From Thermodesulfobacteriota bacterium (lineage in GTDB: Bacteria > Desulfobacterota > Desulfarculia > JACQYL01): DNA of 64,000 bases. Shown here piece after piece: positions 19,237 through 28,328 of the stretch (its first letter is position 1; each line of letters starts with the position of its first letter). Location of the stretch: contig CAXXLZ010000001.1 in the NCBI GenBank assembly GCA_963675595.2, positions 1,717,448 through 1,781,447 on the forward strand, written 5' to 3'. The notes beneath the pieces were generated by a model, which saw only the letters and a program-made list of their open reading frames with translations, was not told where the DNA came from and did no database searches. The position numbers and the translations under genes were made by a program.

Positions 19237-19265
19237 AGTATACGGGACTTGCCGCTCCGGGACAA
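19237..19265 (-). promoter_or_regulatory. Sigma70-type promoter for the symporter leader
   Basis: Minus strand TTGTCC-N17-TATACT. Confidence 0.55.
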
Positions 19266-19463
19266 GAGGAAAAAATCAAAAAATAGGATAACCCAAGTTC
19301 GTTGCAAGGCCGCCAAACAAACAATACAATATCCGGCATCCCAATACGTTTTATGTAAGGTGCGATGAGCGTGCTGAACATCGACAACGGAAAGCCTTGA
19401 TCGCCGGGCTGGGCCAACGCCGAATCGGGCTTGCCGTGTGTCGTTTTGCGAAAAGGAGAACGT

Positions 19464-20243
19464 TTGAACTGGAGAGTGGCCACATTCAACGCCAATTCCA
19501 TTCGATCCCGGCTTGACCTGATATTGGGCCGGCTCGAAAAACATCGTCCCAATGTCTTATGTGTCCAGGAAACCAAGGTTCGGGACTCGGAATTTCCGCG
19601 AGAGGCTTTCGCCGGAACCGGGTTCGAGGTGGTCTTCCACGGGCAGAAAAGCTACAACGGTGTCGCGCTGATCACCCGCAGCCGGCCGGAAGATGTCATT
19701 GTGTCTTTCGGCGACGAAGGAGCTGAAGGAGAGGCCAGGATGATTATGGCAACGGTGGACGGAGTGAAAATTCTGAACACCTATGTTCCCCAGGGAAGAG
19801 ATCCGGACAGCGAGCATTTCGAGGCCAAGATCGCTTTTTTCCACCGAATCAAGGAATTCTTAAGCGAAAACCATGATCCCGCGGCGCCCCTCATCTGGGC
19901 GGGCGACTTGAACGTCGCCCCCGAGCCCGAGGACGTGTATGACCCGAAACGGATGGAGGGCCACGTTTGTTTCCACCCCCGAGAAAGGGAGGCTCTGGCG
20001 GAAATCAAAGAATGGGGATTGATCGACGTGTTCCGTCTTCACAACAAGGAGGCGAAGCAATATACATTCTGGGATTACCGTCTGCCCAAAGCACTGGAGC
20101 GAAATCTGGGTTGGCGGTTGGACCACATTTTGGCGACCCGTCCGCTCGCGGACGCCTCTCGGGGGGCATGGATCGATTTCGAAGCACGGGCGTTGCCGAA
20201 ACCTTCCGATCATACGTTTCTGGTGGCCGACTTCGAGCTGTGA
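19464..20243 (+). CDS. xth: Exodeoxyribonuclease III
   Basis: ATFNANSIR, VQETKV, GQKSYNGVA, GDLNVAP, YTFWDYR, GWRLDH, PSDH; TTG start after AAGGAG. Confidence 0.93.
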   Translation: MNWRVATFNANSIRSRLDLILGRLEKHRPNVLCVQETKVRDSEFPREAFAGTGFEVVFHGQKSYNGVALITRSRPEDVIVSFGDEGAEGEARMIMATVDGVKILNTYVPQGRDPDSEHFEAKIAFFHRIKEFLSENHDPAAPLIWAGDLNVAPEPEDVYDPKRMEGHVCFHPREREALAEIKEWGLIDVFRLHNKEAKQYTFWDYRLPKALERNLGWRLDHILATRPLADASRGAWIDFEARALPKPSDHTFLVADFEL

Positions 20244-20781
20244 TAGTCCAGCCCGCATTACGCGAAACTCCGGCGAAGCGAACGTGAATCATACATACTG
20301 TTCCAACCATTGATGGAAACCGTCCCTCATGGACGACCCGGGGCGGGGGCGGCCTTCGCCTTTTTTCTCCTGCATCGGGAGCCGCGCTTCCCGCGCCCTT
20401 GAATCACTCTCAACGATTTGCGGGCCATATTATGCTCCGGATATGTTTTCCGGAAGTCTCAGTACCACACTTTCAGATGTTGCAATTATCGATCCGGTCT
20501 TCTACAATTAAGAATTTGCGGCATGATCAATCACTGTCGTGAGGCTTGTCGTATTCCATCCCATCAATTTCTCTTGAATAGACTGAATTTCATCGCATGT
20601 TTTTCCTGTGACGGCCCGTTTGAAAATGAAGACATGCGAGGCATGCGAACGTCCGGAAACAATTCGCTCGCCGAGTATACCGTGGTAACGGGAAATCGGC
20701 CACAATCCGTTTACTGCGGACGGATCGTCTCCGGGGACCCGACACCGGAAGGCTCTGCATCGGTATAGAAGGTTCCAAATC

Positions 20782-21348
20782 ATGCATCAGGAGTCGAGGA
20801 CCATGCCCTGGATGGCGCTGATTGTGCTACTGTTCCCTCTCTGGTTCGCTGCGCCCGGCTGTACACCGACGCCCACGGATGAAGCGCTGGAATTCAGGAA
20901 CGAAGTCATTTCCAGATCGGTACCCCTACGAAGCGAAACGGCATCTCTGATTGCGGAGGGAAATCCGGGAGGAATTCGGACTCTGTTCGTATCGTTCTTC
21001 GAAAAATACTGGGATGAAAAGAGTCCCTATCTGGGACTCGTTGCCTTCGACAACGAAGCCAAGGTACTGTGCGCCTACAGTCCCGTTGAAGACGCCACCC
21101 GCGTAAAAGGTTTGAACTTCTCCAACTACGAGGCCATCAGGAAAGCCTTGAAATCCGAGCGGACCACGACCATGGTGCTCTATTACCTTCAAAACGGTAA
21201 ACGCTTCACCATGCCGGCGGTCAACTTCCCTTTGGACCGAAACGGTGAGGTCGTCGGGATATTGAGCGTCTTCTTCCTGAGAGAAACCCTTGAAGCGGAA
21301 TACGGTATCAAGGTCGAGGAGTTCGAAAGATTGGAATTCGGGGACTGA
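20782..21348 (+). CDS. Exported or lipoprotein Cache-like sensory domain protein
   Basis: Hydrophobic signal with APGC; GLNFSNYEAIRKAL...PLDRNGEVVGIL is Cache-like. Confidence 0.55.
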   Translation: MHQESRTMPWMALIVLLFPLWFAAPGCTPTPTDEALEFRNEVISRSVPLRSETASLIAEGNPGGIRTLFVSFFEKYWDEKSPYLGLVAFDNEAKVLCAYSPVEDATRVKGLNFSNYEAIRKALKSERTTTMVLYYLQNGKRFTMPAVNFPLDRNGEVVGILSVFFLRETLEAEYGIKVEEFERLEFGD

Positions 21349-21399
21349 AACCTCGGATCGCACCCTTGACGTTCCGATCGACGTCCGGTATTCGGCACT

Positions 21400-22071
21400 T
21401 CAGGAAATCTCCATTCCCTTTTCCGTCTTCGGCCCCGCATCCCCTTCCGTCAACCTGCTCTCAACGGCTGAATAGACATCCCTGATCAAAGACTTGGAGA
21501 ACGCTTCCGCCGCACGACTCATTGCCTCCGCCACGGCCTTGGGGCCCTTTCCCTTGCAGGGCCTTTTCTCATGGTATGTCTTGTCCAAAATTACACGTTT
21601 CGACGCGTCCTGCGTGAAGTCGTCCACCAGCATGACGGCCACGGTAAGCACGGCGTACCAGGCGCTCTCTTCGTCCAGCTCGTAGAATTCCTCAATATCG
21701 CCCATCAGAAGAAATCGTGGCAGATTCAAGTCGCTCGATCGAGGCATCACACGGACGATACCAGACGCTCGCAGATCTCGAGCAAGGAAATCTCCCAGCA
21801 TATCCGCGGGACTTTCGAGCCAAGCGTGATAGACATAGGTCTTTCTCTCGAATGGGTTTTCCCTATAGACGATGGGGAGGCTGTTATAGATGGAAGCGAT
21901 TTCAAACCGCTCGACTCTCAAGTCGGCGTCCAGAGGATTCATTCCCTCCAAGAACGGCGGAGAATATTCCAGCACATAATGAACCATCCTCTCCTCCGGC
22001 GGCGGGCCGGACGCACACGAGAGGAGAATTGCCGGAATCAGAAAAAGGCACAACCAGTTGAGCCTGGCCAT
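21400..22071 (-). CDS. ABC-type transport auxiliary lipoprotein (PqiC-like)
   Basis: Lipobox LLSC; IVYRENP...YHAWLESPADML; last gene of the mla-like operon. Confidence 0.8.
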   Translation of the reverse strand: MARLNWLCLFLIPAILLSCASGPPPEERMVHYVLEYSPPFLEGMNPLDADLRVERFEIASIYNSLPIVYRENPFERKTYVYHAWLESPADMLGDFLARDLRASGIVRVMPRSSDLNLPRFLLMGDIEEFYELDEESAWYAVLTVAVMLVDDFTQDASKRVILDKTYHEKRPCKGKGPKAVAEAMSRAAEAFSKSLIRDVYSAVESRLTEGDAGPKTEKGMEIS

Positions 22072-22085
22072 AGGCAGCTCCTCAT

Positions 22086-23051
22086 CTACCAGTTCCGCTC
22101 TGGAACGGGCCTGTCGAACAAGAGGCCCGAAGGTCTTCGTTCGAGGTTTTTTGAAAAAGTCTTCAGGTTCTCGCCGGTGGTTTCCAGGTCCCGTGTGATG
22201 CGTTCCAGCCTTCGCTGAAGGACCTCCGTCTTCTGATCCACACCCTGAATCAGCGCAGTTCCGGAATCGGTGAGCCGGTCCAGCTTGTTCATGCTGTTCG
22301 CGAAGCGTTTTTCAACCTCCAGCTTTTTCACGATCGCCCGGATTTCCCCGGTGGCCTCCCGCGCTTCCCGAAGCAGCGCGTCGGCGTTCTTGAGAGAGTT
22401 TTCAACGCGGGGGTCTCCAACGATCCGTTTCAACTCGGATATCGTTGCCCCCAGGTCCCCCGTCATTGTCTCCAAATTGGTGATCAACGTACCCCACCTG
22501 GGATCCGAGGCAAGACTGTTCAAGGCCGCGACCATGTTATTGATGCCGGCAACCAAGCCTTCCAGATCGAGCTGGTTCAAGCGGCTGAAGACATCGTCCA
22601 GGCCCTGAAAAAACTGATGCAATGTGGAGGGCTTGGAAGGAATCTCCGGAGCGGGTGTAGGAAAATCGATCGCGAGAGGCTCCGGTTGAGACGACGATGT
22701 GGGGTCCAATTGCGCGAGCTCGATGAAGCGAATACCGGTGATGCCGACTTCCTTCAGTTGGGCCCGTACGTCCCGGGTAATCTGGATTTTCGGATCAATC
22801 CGCATGGATACCTCGATCAGTTTACCGTCAGGAGCCACACTGATCCCATCCACCCGGCCTACGGTCACTCCGCGATATTTTACCGAGGCATCCGTGCTCA
22901 GACCGCTGACGGACTCGTCGAAATAGGTCACATAGGCCTTGGTTTCCTCGAACATCCGTGAGGCGCCCAGCCAGATCACGGCGGTCAACCCCACGACAAT
23001 CCCGATCAAGAGAAACAGGCCCACGCGAAACGAACTCGCTTTTGTAAGCAT
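22086..23051 (-). CDS. mlaD: MCE/MlaD family protein
   Basis: FRVGLF, YFDESVSGLSTDASVKYRGVTVGRV, GITGIRFIEL; helical tail. Confidence 0.88.
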   Translation of the reverse strand: MLTKASSFRVGLFLLIGIVVGLTAVIWLGASRMFEETKAYVTYFDESVSGLSTDASVKYRGVTVGRVDGISVAPDGKLIEVSMRIDPKIQITRDVRAQLKEVGITGIRFIELAQLDPTSSSQPEPLAIDFPTPAPEIPSKPSTLHQFFQGLDDVFSRLNQLDLEGLVAGINNMVAALNSLASDPRWGTLITNLETMTGDLGATISELKRIVGDPRVENSLKNADALLREAREATGEIRAIVKKLEVEKRFANSMNKLDRLTDSGTALIQGVDQKTEVLQRRLERITRDLETTGENLKTFSKNLERRPSGLLFDRPVPERNW

Positions 23052-23098
23052 GAATGTCTTTCCTCGACAGAGTGGTTCCCCACGGGCGATTTCCGGCT

Positions 23099-23875
23099 TC
23101 AGGAAACCGTTGCCCGCTGCATTGCCTCACGCCTGAAAAAACTTCGGACCTTGCTGTTTTCACTGTGTTCGCGGAGTTCCTTGGGATCTCCGGCCGCGAT
23201 GATCGTTTTAGCGGCCTTGTCCAGCACGATGGCGCGCTCAATCACCGTGAAGATGCTGTCCAAATCATGAGTCACGATGACCATGGTCGTGTCCAAACTC
23301 CGATTCAGCGTCAGGATCAATTGGTCCAGTTCGGCAGCGGTGATGGGATCCAACCCCGCGGAAGGTTCGTCGAAAAACAACAACTGAGGGTCCAGCGCCA
23401 TGGCCCGGGCCAGGGCGGCCCGCTTCTTCATACCCCCGCTGAGTTCGTCGGGATAGTAGTCTTCATACCCGGAGAGGCTGACCATCTGGAGCTTCATGCG
23501 CACCATGGTTTCGACCAAGGCACCTCGAAGTTCCGTATTTTCCAGGATAGGCAGAGCCACGTTTTCGAAAATGGTCAGGGAACTCAGCAAGGCTCCGGCC
23601 TGAAACAGCACCCCCATCTTTCCGATCACACGATCCATTCCATCGTGAGAGGCTCGGGTGGTCTCTTCTCCGTCCAACCATATGCGCCCTCGGTAAGGCG
23701 CGAGAAGGCCGATAAGAATCTTGAGCAGCGTGCTTTTTCCGCAACCACTGCCTCCAAGAATCCCGAAAATCTCCCCTCGCCGGACCTCGAAATTCACTTC
23801 CCGGAAGATGGTGGTTTCACCGTAGCGACCTTCAAGGTCCTCGACTCGAATGATGAAATCGCTTGCTTTGTTCAA
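23099..23875 (-). CDS. mlaF: MlaF-like ABC ATP-binding protein
   Basis: GGSGCGKST, LSGGMKKRAALARAMALDP, FDEPSAGLDP, VTHD; TTG start overlaps the mlaE stop. Confidence 0.9.
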   Translation of the reverse strand: MNKASDFIIRVEDLEGRYGETTIFREVNFEVRRGEIFGILGGSGCGKSTLLKILIGLLAPYRGRIWLDGEETTRASHDGMDRVIGKMGVLFQAGALLSSLTIFENVALPILENTELRGALVETMVRMKLQMVSLSGYEDYYPDELSGGMKKRAALARAMALDPQLLFFDEPSAGLDPITAAELDQLILTLNRSLDTTMVIVTHDLDSIFTVIERAIVLDKAAKTIIAAGDPKELREHSENSKVRSFFRREAMQRATVS

Positions 23876-25026
23876 TTCAGAGCCTGATGACCGATTCGGT
23901 AGAGAGCGTTGGCAAGGACCACTAGAAAGATTCCCGTAACTACGGCGGACGTTGTTTGACGCCCGACGCCCTCGGCCCCACCCCGAGTCTGGAATCCTCG
24001 CAAGCAGCCCACGCCGGAGATGAGCACGGCAAAAATCATACTTTTGATGGACCCGTGGACCACGTCCCACAGTTCGATGGAGCTCATGGTTTCGACGACA
24101 TATCCGCTGAAGGAGATGTCGAGCATGGACACACCCACGATCATGCCTCCCGCAATGCCGACGACGTCGGCGTAAAGAGTCAGGAAGGGCATGACCACCA
24201 AGGTGGCGATCACCTTGGGCACGGCAACGAAGTGAGTGGGAGATATTCCCATGGTCGTCAATGCATCGATCTCTTCCGAAACCGTCATTGTCCCGATCTC
24301 GGATGCGAATGCGGAACCGGAACGACCGGCGACCATGATGGCGGTAATCAGCGGGCCCATCTCCTGCACGAAAATCAGCCCCACCAGCTTGGCGAGAAGG
24401 ACTCCCACACCGTACTCACTTAGGGAAACCGCTCCCTGAAAACCCATGACCAAACCCACCAGCAGGCTGATGAGGCCGATGATGGGTAAGGCGTCCACTC
24501 CAACGCGCTCCATGGAATTGACGACGTCGCCCCACCGCACTTTCGCCGGATGACGCAAGGAGAAGCCGAACGCGTAAACCAATTCACCCACGAAGTTGAT
24601 CTGAAAATAAACGTCCCTCACAAGTTGGATGGCGGCGTGCCCCAACCGGTCGATCAGTCCGGAGTCTCTCCGCCTCGCCGGGATTCCCCGCTTTGCCGCC
24701 AGTTCATCCCAATCCACGAGTGAAAGCAGGCTCCCAATACGCTCCCCGGGGTTCACCAAGGTGAAGCCCAACCCCAAGTGCTTCGCTTCCCTCTCCACCG
24801 CCATGAGCGCCGAAAGGCCCGCACCATCCAGATAGCCGACTCCTGAAAGGTCCATGTGGACCTCGCCGGCCGACTGTTCTCGGAGACTGTGAAGGCACGG
24901 CTTCAGAAAAGCCGGAACCGTGGCTTTGTCGAGCTTTCCCTTGACCGAAAGGGTCAGCACATGATCCGACGAGTTCACGTCCAGGTCAAAATCCTTGTGC
25001 TTGGAATCGGATGGAGCGGGACTCAT
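23872..25026 (-). CDS. mlaE: MlaE family permease with N-terminal STAS domain
   Basis: DLSGVGYLDGAG (STAS); EMGPLITAIMVAGRSGSAFASEIGTMTVSEEIDAL; GGAEGVGRQTTSAVV. Confidence 0.9.
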   Translation of the reverse strand: MSPAPSDSKHKDFDLDVNSSDHVLTLSVKGKLDKATVPAFLKPCLHSLREQSAGEVHMDLSGVGYLDGAGLSALMAVEREAKHLGLGFTLVNPGERIGSLLSLVDWDELAAKRGIPARRRDSGLIDRLGHAAIQLVRDVYFQINFVGELVYAFGFSLRHPAKVRWGDVVNSMERVGVDALPIIGLISLLVGLVMGFQGAVSLSEYGVGVLLAKLVGLIFVQEMGPLITAIMVAGRSGSAFASEIGTMTVSEEIDALTTMGISPTHFVAVPKVIATLVVMPFLTLYADVVGIAGGMIVGVSMLDISFSGYVVETMSSIELWDVVHGSIKSMIFAVLISGVGCLRGFQTRGGAEGVGRQTTSAVVTGIFLVVLANALYRIGHQALN

Positions 25027-26183
25027 GTCTGATCCGGATCGGACGAGGGCTGAGGATGGTGGACGGCGATCGATACCGGGACCAGTTCGTATCCTTCGCC
25101 TTTCAACCGGGGAACCATGTCCAGAAGCACCTTTCGCGTACTCGCTTTAGTGATGTGTCCGATGGCGATGGGAACGACGGTCGATGAGGCTTTTTCCTTC
25201 AAGCGGTTCAAATGTGCTCGTACTTCTTTCTCACTGTCGTGGTTGTCAAGAAAAGGCACGATCCGCACGCCGTAAGGCACGCCGAGCCGCCTGGCCACCC
25301 GAAATCCCATGGTGTTGCGACCGGTCCAGCTGTCCACAAAGAGCAGTCCTCGGCTTTCCAGAAATTTCATCACCGTTTCCATCGTGGAAGCGTCCGAGGT
25401 CGCAATGGAACCCTGATGATTGTTAATTCCCACCGCATTTGGTAGAGCCTCGTACCATTTGTTCAGGAGGCCCCAAATGCGGGATTCCGAATCCCCTTTT
25501 CGTATGAATTCCTTCTCCGTACATCCGGAACTCCCCTCAAAGGGCGCATGGATAATCACCTCATTTCCGAGAACCGCGGCTTCGTTCATCACCTCTCTCG
25601 AGTAAGCGTGCCCAGGCAGAATGGCAATGTTGATTCCGGGGTCCAACTCCATGATTTCTCTAACATCCTCTGTCAGACTATATCCGAAATCGTCCAGGAT
25701 CAGGCAAATTTTCTTCAGAGACGGTCCGCTTCCTTCAGTCGGTATGGGTCGAGGTTCGGCTTTCGGCGCGGGTTCGATTTTCGTTTCCAGACCCGACGGA
25801 GCCGGTATGGACACCACCCGTATCTCCCGTTTTTCTTCATTCACAGGCTTCTTGGTAACGGAAGACCGCTTTGCAGCCGAGGCTTCGGGAATAGGCGCTT
25901 CAGCCCGGCTCTCTTTCCGAGGCCGCTCGTTATGAAGGGCTTCGGCGGCGACCCCCACGACTTTGCGACCCCGTTCCAGCCAGCGGTCCACGTGAGGTCG
26001 AGCCCAAAGGCCCGCGGAAAAACAAAGTCCGATGAGGACGAACAAAGCTCCAACCCCGACGAACAGGGGCCACTTCTTTGAGGACTTTTTCTTTCTAGAC
26101 GTCTTACTCCGAACGCGCGCCTTTGCAGCGACGGATCTCTTGCCGGTATTCGAGCTTGAGGTATTCTTTTTACGAGGAGCCAA
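25023..26183 (-). CDS. Divergent polysaccharide deacetylase family protein (YibQ-like), membrane anchored
   Basis: ILDDFG, IIHAPFE, GINNHQGS, FVDSWT, FLDN, IAIGH; basic N-terminus followed by a TM segment. Confidence 0.85.
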   Translation of the reverse strand: MAPRKKNTSSSNTGKRSVAAKARVRSKTSRKKKSSKKWPLFVGVGALFVLIGLCFSAGLWARPHVDRWLERGRKVVGVAAEALHNERPRKESRAEAPIPEASAAKRSSVTKKPVNEEKREIRVVSIPAPSGLETKIEPAPKAEPRPIPTEGSGPSLKKICLILDDFGYSLTEDVREIMELDPGINIAILPGHAYSREVMNEAAVLGNEVIIHAPFEGSSGCTEKEFIRKGDSESRIWGLLNKWYEALPNAVGINNHQGSIATSDASTMETVMKFLESRGLLFVDSWTGRNTMGFRVARRLGVPYGVRIVPFLDNHDSEKEVRAHLNRLKEKASSTVVPIAIGHITKASTRKVLLDMVPRLKGEGYELVPVSIAVHHPQPSSDPDQT

Positions 26184-26260
26184 TGCGTTCAGCCTTGTCT
26201 TTCTTTAGTCCGATAAAAGAGTTCACAGATGATGGACAGGAATCAAACATATTTATTCTT

Positions 26261-28136
26261 GATGCCGTCGTAAGAACCCCCCTTTACGAACAGGGCTGTT
26301 TTTTGGAGCATTGGAAGTTCAAGCGGCCATTGCAACACTGCCAAGGTTACTGTCATCGTGACATAGGCTACAAAGACGACGGAAATTATCGTTGCTGCCT
26401 CCCTCTATCGAGTTGGAAAGGGCCTTCTTGGCCTTATCAAGGCGGCTCTGGACGAACCTCTTGATGTTGATGGCCAGGGCCTTCATGAAAACAGATAAGG
26501 TGACCCGTTTTTTGCCTCGGGTCCACGATCGTTTCAATCCCGTGACCCGATCCGCTTCGGAGATGGTGGCCTCGATGCCGGACCGGATTTTGTAGCGTTC
26601 TTTGAAATCATGGCTTTCCTGCTGTAGTCTGCGCTTGGAGGTCGCCATGTCCTTGCGCTTGTACTTCAGTCGATAATTTCCGCCCTTGATCCGTTTTACC
26701 GGACAGATGGGGAGAAATTCGCATAGGAGACAGTGCTCGCGGGAAAACACGGCTTCCACCGCTTTGCCGCGGTCAACGATCTTGCATTCAAGTGGCGCGT
26801 GCCCCCGGATACAGTAAACGACCTGGGTGCAGTCCTCGTTCGTTTCAAAGTCACTCAACTGCATCTTATTGAGATCCGGCGCTTTTCCGCAAGTCACCGG
26901 AGCGGTAAGCTCGACTCCGTGCTCGTGAGCTTGAAGGATGTTCTCGCCGCTGCCGTAGCCTGCGTCGGCGAACAACTCTTCGGGTTTGCGGCCCGTTTCC
27001 TCCAGGCGTTCGATAACGGGCATCACGTCTTTCTGGTCGCTGTCATAGGAAGGGGCCACGTCCACATCGGTGATCACCTGGAAGGGATTTTCCTTCACGC
27101 AGGTCTCCGTGAGGGAAGCCTTATATCCTTTGCCCTTGCGCCCATAGGTGGCGTCGGGATCCGAAGGATTCTGCAGGGAGTCCGCAGGGATTTCCTTGGG
27201 CTTCTCGAGTTCTGTTTTGTCGGGATCTCCCTCGGTGAAACGGCATTGCTCCGACAGTAGTCGGGCCATCAGCCGGTATTCTTTCATTCGGCTGATTTCC
27301 GGATGACCTCGGAAGCGGTCCACCAGGTCGGCGAGATGGCGGGCGGACTTGTCCAGACGACGCTTGGCCCGCGATGATTTTGCATCGGCAAAATAGCCTG
27401 CGCGCTTCAAGTAGGCCTTGTCGTAAAGTCGGGGCAGTTTCTCATACAACTTGGGATGTTTCTTATGGAGCCGTTTCAAGAACGCCTCGATGGTGCGCGT
27501 AAAGAGCCCCAGACGGCTCAGATGAGCCATGTTGGAAGTGATCTGTGTGGAGTCCAACCGCTGTTTGTCCGTGCTAAGGGCCGCCGTCTCGATGATGGCG
27601 TCCGTGATTCCGGTAAAGAGGCTCCGCGCTTGCTTGTTGTCGGTAATCAAGGTCCGGAAATTGTGCAGGGTCTTCTGGCAGACGTGAGATTCAAAGGCGT
27701 TGATGTTGAAGGCATATTGCCAACGCAGATCGAAGTCCAGAGCGCCCAAGACTTCCGCATCGGTCAGGCTGTTCATTTCCTTCAAAACACACGCTCCGAC
27801 AAGGATGGCCACGGGTCTGTTGGGCCTGCCGTTGTCCTCACAGTAGAAAGGCCGGAAAGACTCCTCATCGATCATGGGAAGCACCAGGCGCCGGAACGGA
27901 CCGGCCCACGTCTTCTCCAACGCCTCGATCCTGTCTGCGGGAAGGCAAATATCGTGGTCGAAAATGGTCTTTTGCGTTCTCTTAGGCCGAAACAAAACAA
28001 CCCCCCTAAGGACCATATTATTAATCAAGTCAGATACTTATCATACAGGACCCAAAAGAAAGGTCAACCCATAAATGCCATTTTTATTCATATTTTCAAC
28101 TAGATACCTTTACGGAGAGGTTTTTACGAACTCATC
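26261..28136 (-). mobile_element. Complete IS element (IS1182/IS5-like DDE) with 6-bp target duplication
   Basis: IRs GATGCCGTCGTAAGAACC / GATGAGTTCGTAAAAACC (14 of 18 match); ATTCTT direct repeat at 26255-26260 and 28137-28142. Confidence 0.9.
26319..27995 (-). CDS. DDE transposase (DUF772-type N-terminus)
   Basis: GRPNRP...FDLRWQYA, RLDSTQI, PSDPDATY, FADAGYGS, YKIRSGIEATISE; start taken as TTG 27995. Confidence 0.9.
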   Translation of the reverse strand: MFRPKRTQKTIFDHDICLPADRIEALEKTWAGPFRRLVLPMIDEESFRPFYCEDNGRPNRPVAILVGACVLKEMNSLTDAEVLGALDFDLRWQYAFNINAFESHVCQKTLHNFRTLITDNKQARSLFTGITDAIIETAALSTDKQRLDSTQITSNMAHLSRLGLFTRTIEAFLKRLHKKHPKLYEKLPRLYDKAYLKRAGYFADAKSSRAKRRLDKSARHLADLVDRFRGHPEISRMKEYRLMARLLSEQCRFTEGDPDKTELEKPKEIPADSLQNPSDPDATYGRKGKGYKASLTETCVKENPFQVITDVDVAPSYDSDQKDVMPVIERLEETGRKPEELFADAGYGSGENILQAHEHGVELTAPVTCGKAPDLNKMQLSDFETNEDCTQVVYCIRGHAPLECKIVDRGKAVEAVFSREHCLLCEFLPICPVKRIKGGNYRLKYKRKDMATSKRRLQQESHDFKERYKIRSGIEATISEADRVTGLKRSWTRGKKRVTLSVFMKALAINIKRFVQSRLDKAKKALSNSIEGGSNDNFRRLCSLCHDDSNLGSVAMAA

Positions 28137-28328
28137 ATTCTTGGGTCTCAGGTCATCCCTGTCAAGCAGTATCTTGTAATCATGAGGAAACGTTAAAGAT
28201 AAACAATAGAAAGTCACAAAACTTGGTCGGATTTAACCAATTTATACGGAAAGATTATCTATTAAAAAACTAATTTCGCTTTGATCGACCGACTGTAATC
28301 AATCACTCCACTGTTTCGCCTATATAGA

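Noticed and set aside
19142-19576. N-terminal 145-aa extension of the 690-aa symporter ORF
   Set aside because: Overlaps xth, the promoter and the terminator; a good RBS and GTG at 19141 mark the likely start
23876-24070. N-terminal extension of the mlaF ORF
   Set aside because: Lies within mlaE; TTG at 23875 overlapping the mlaE stop is the plausible start
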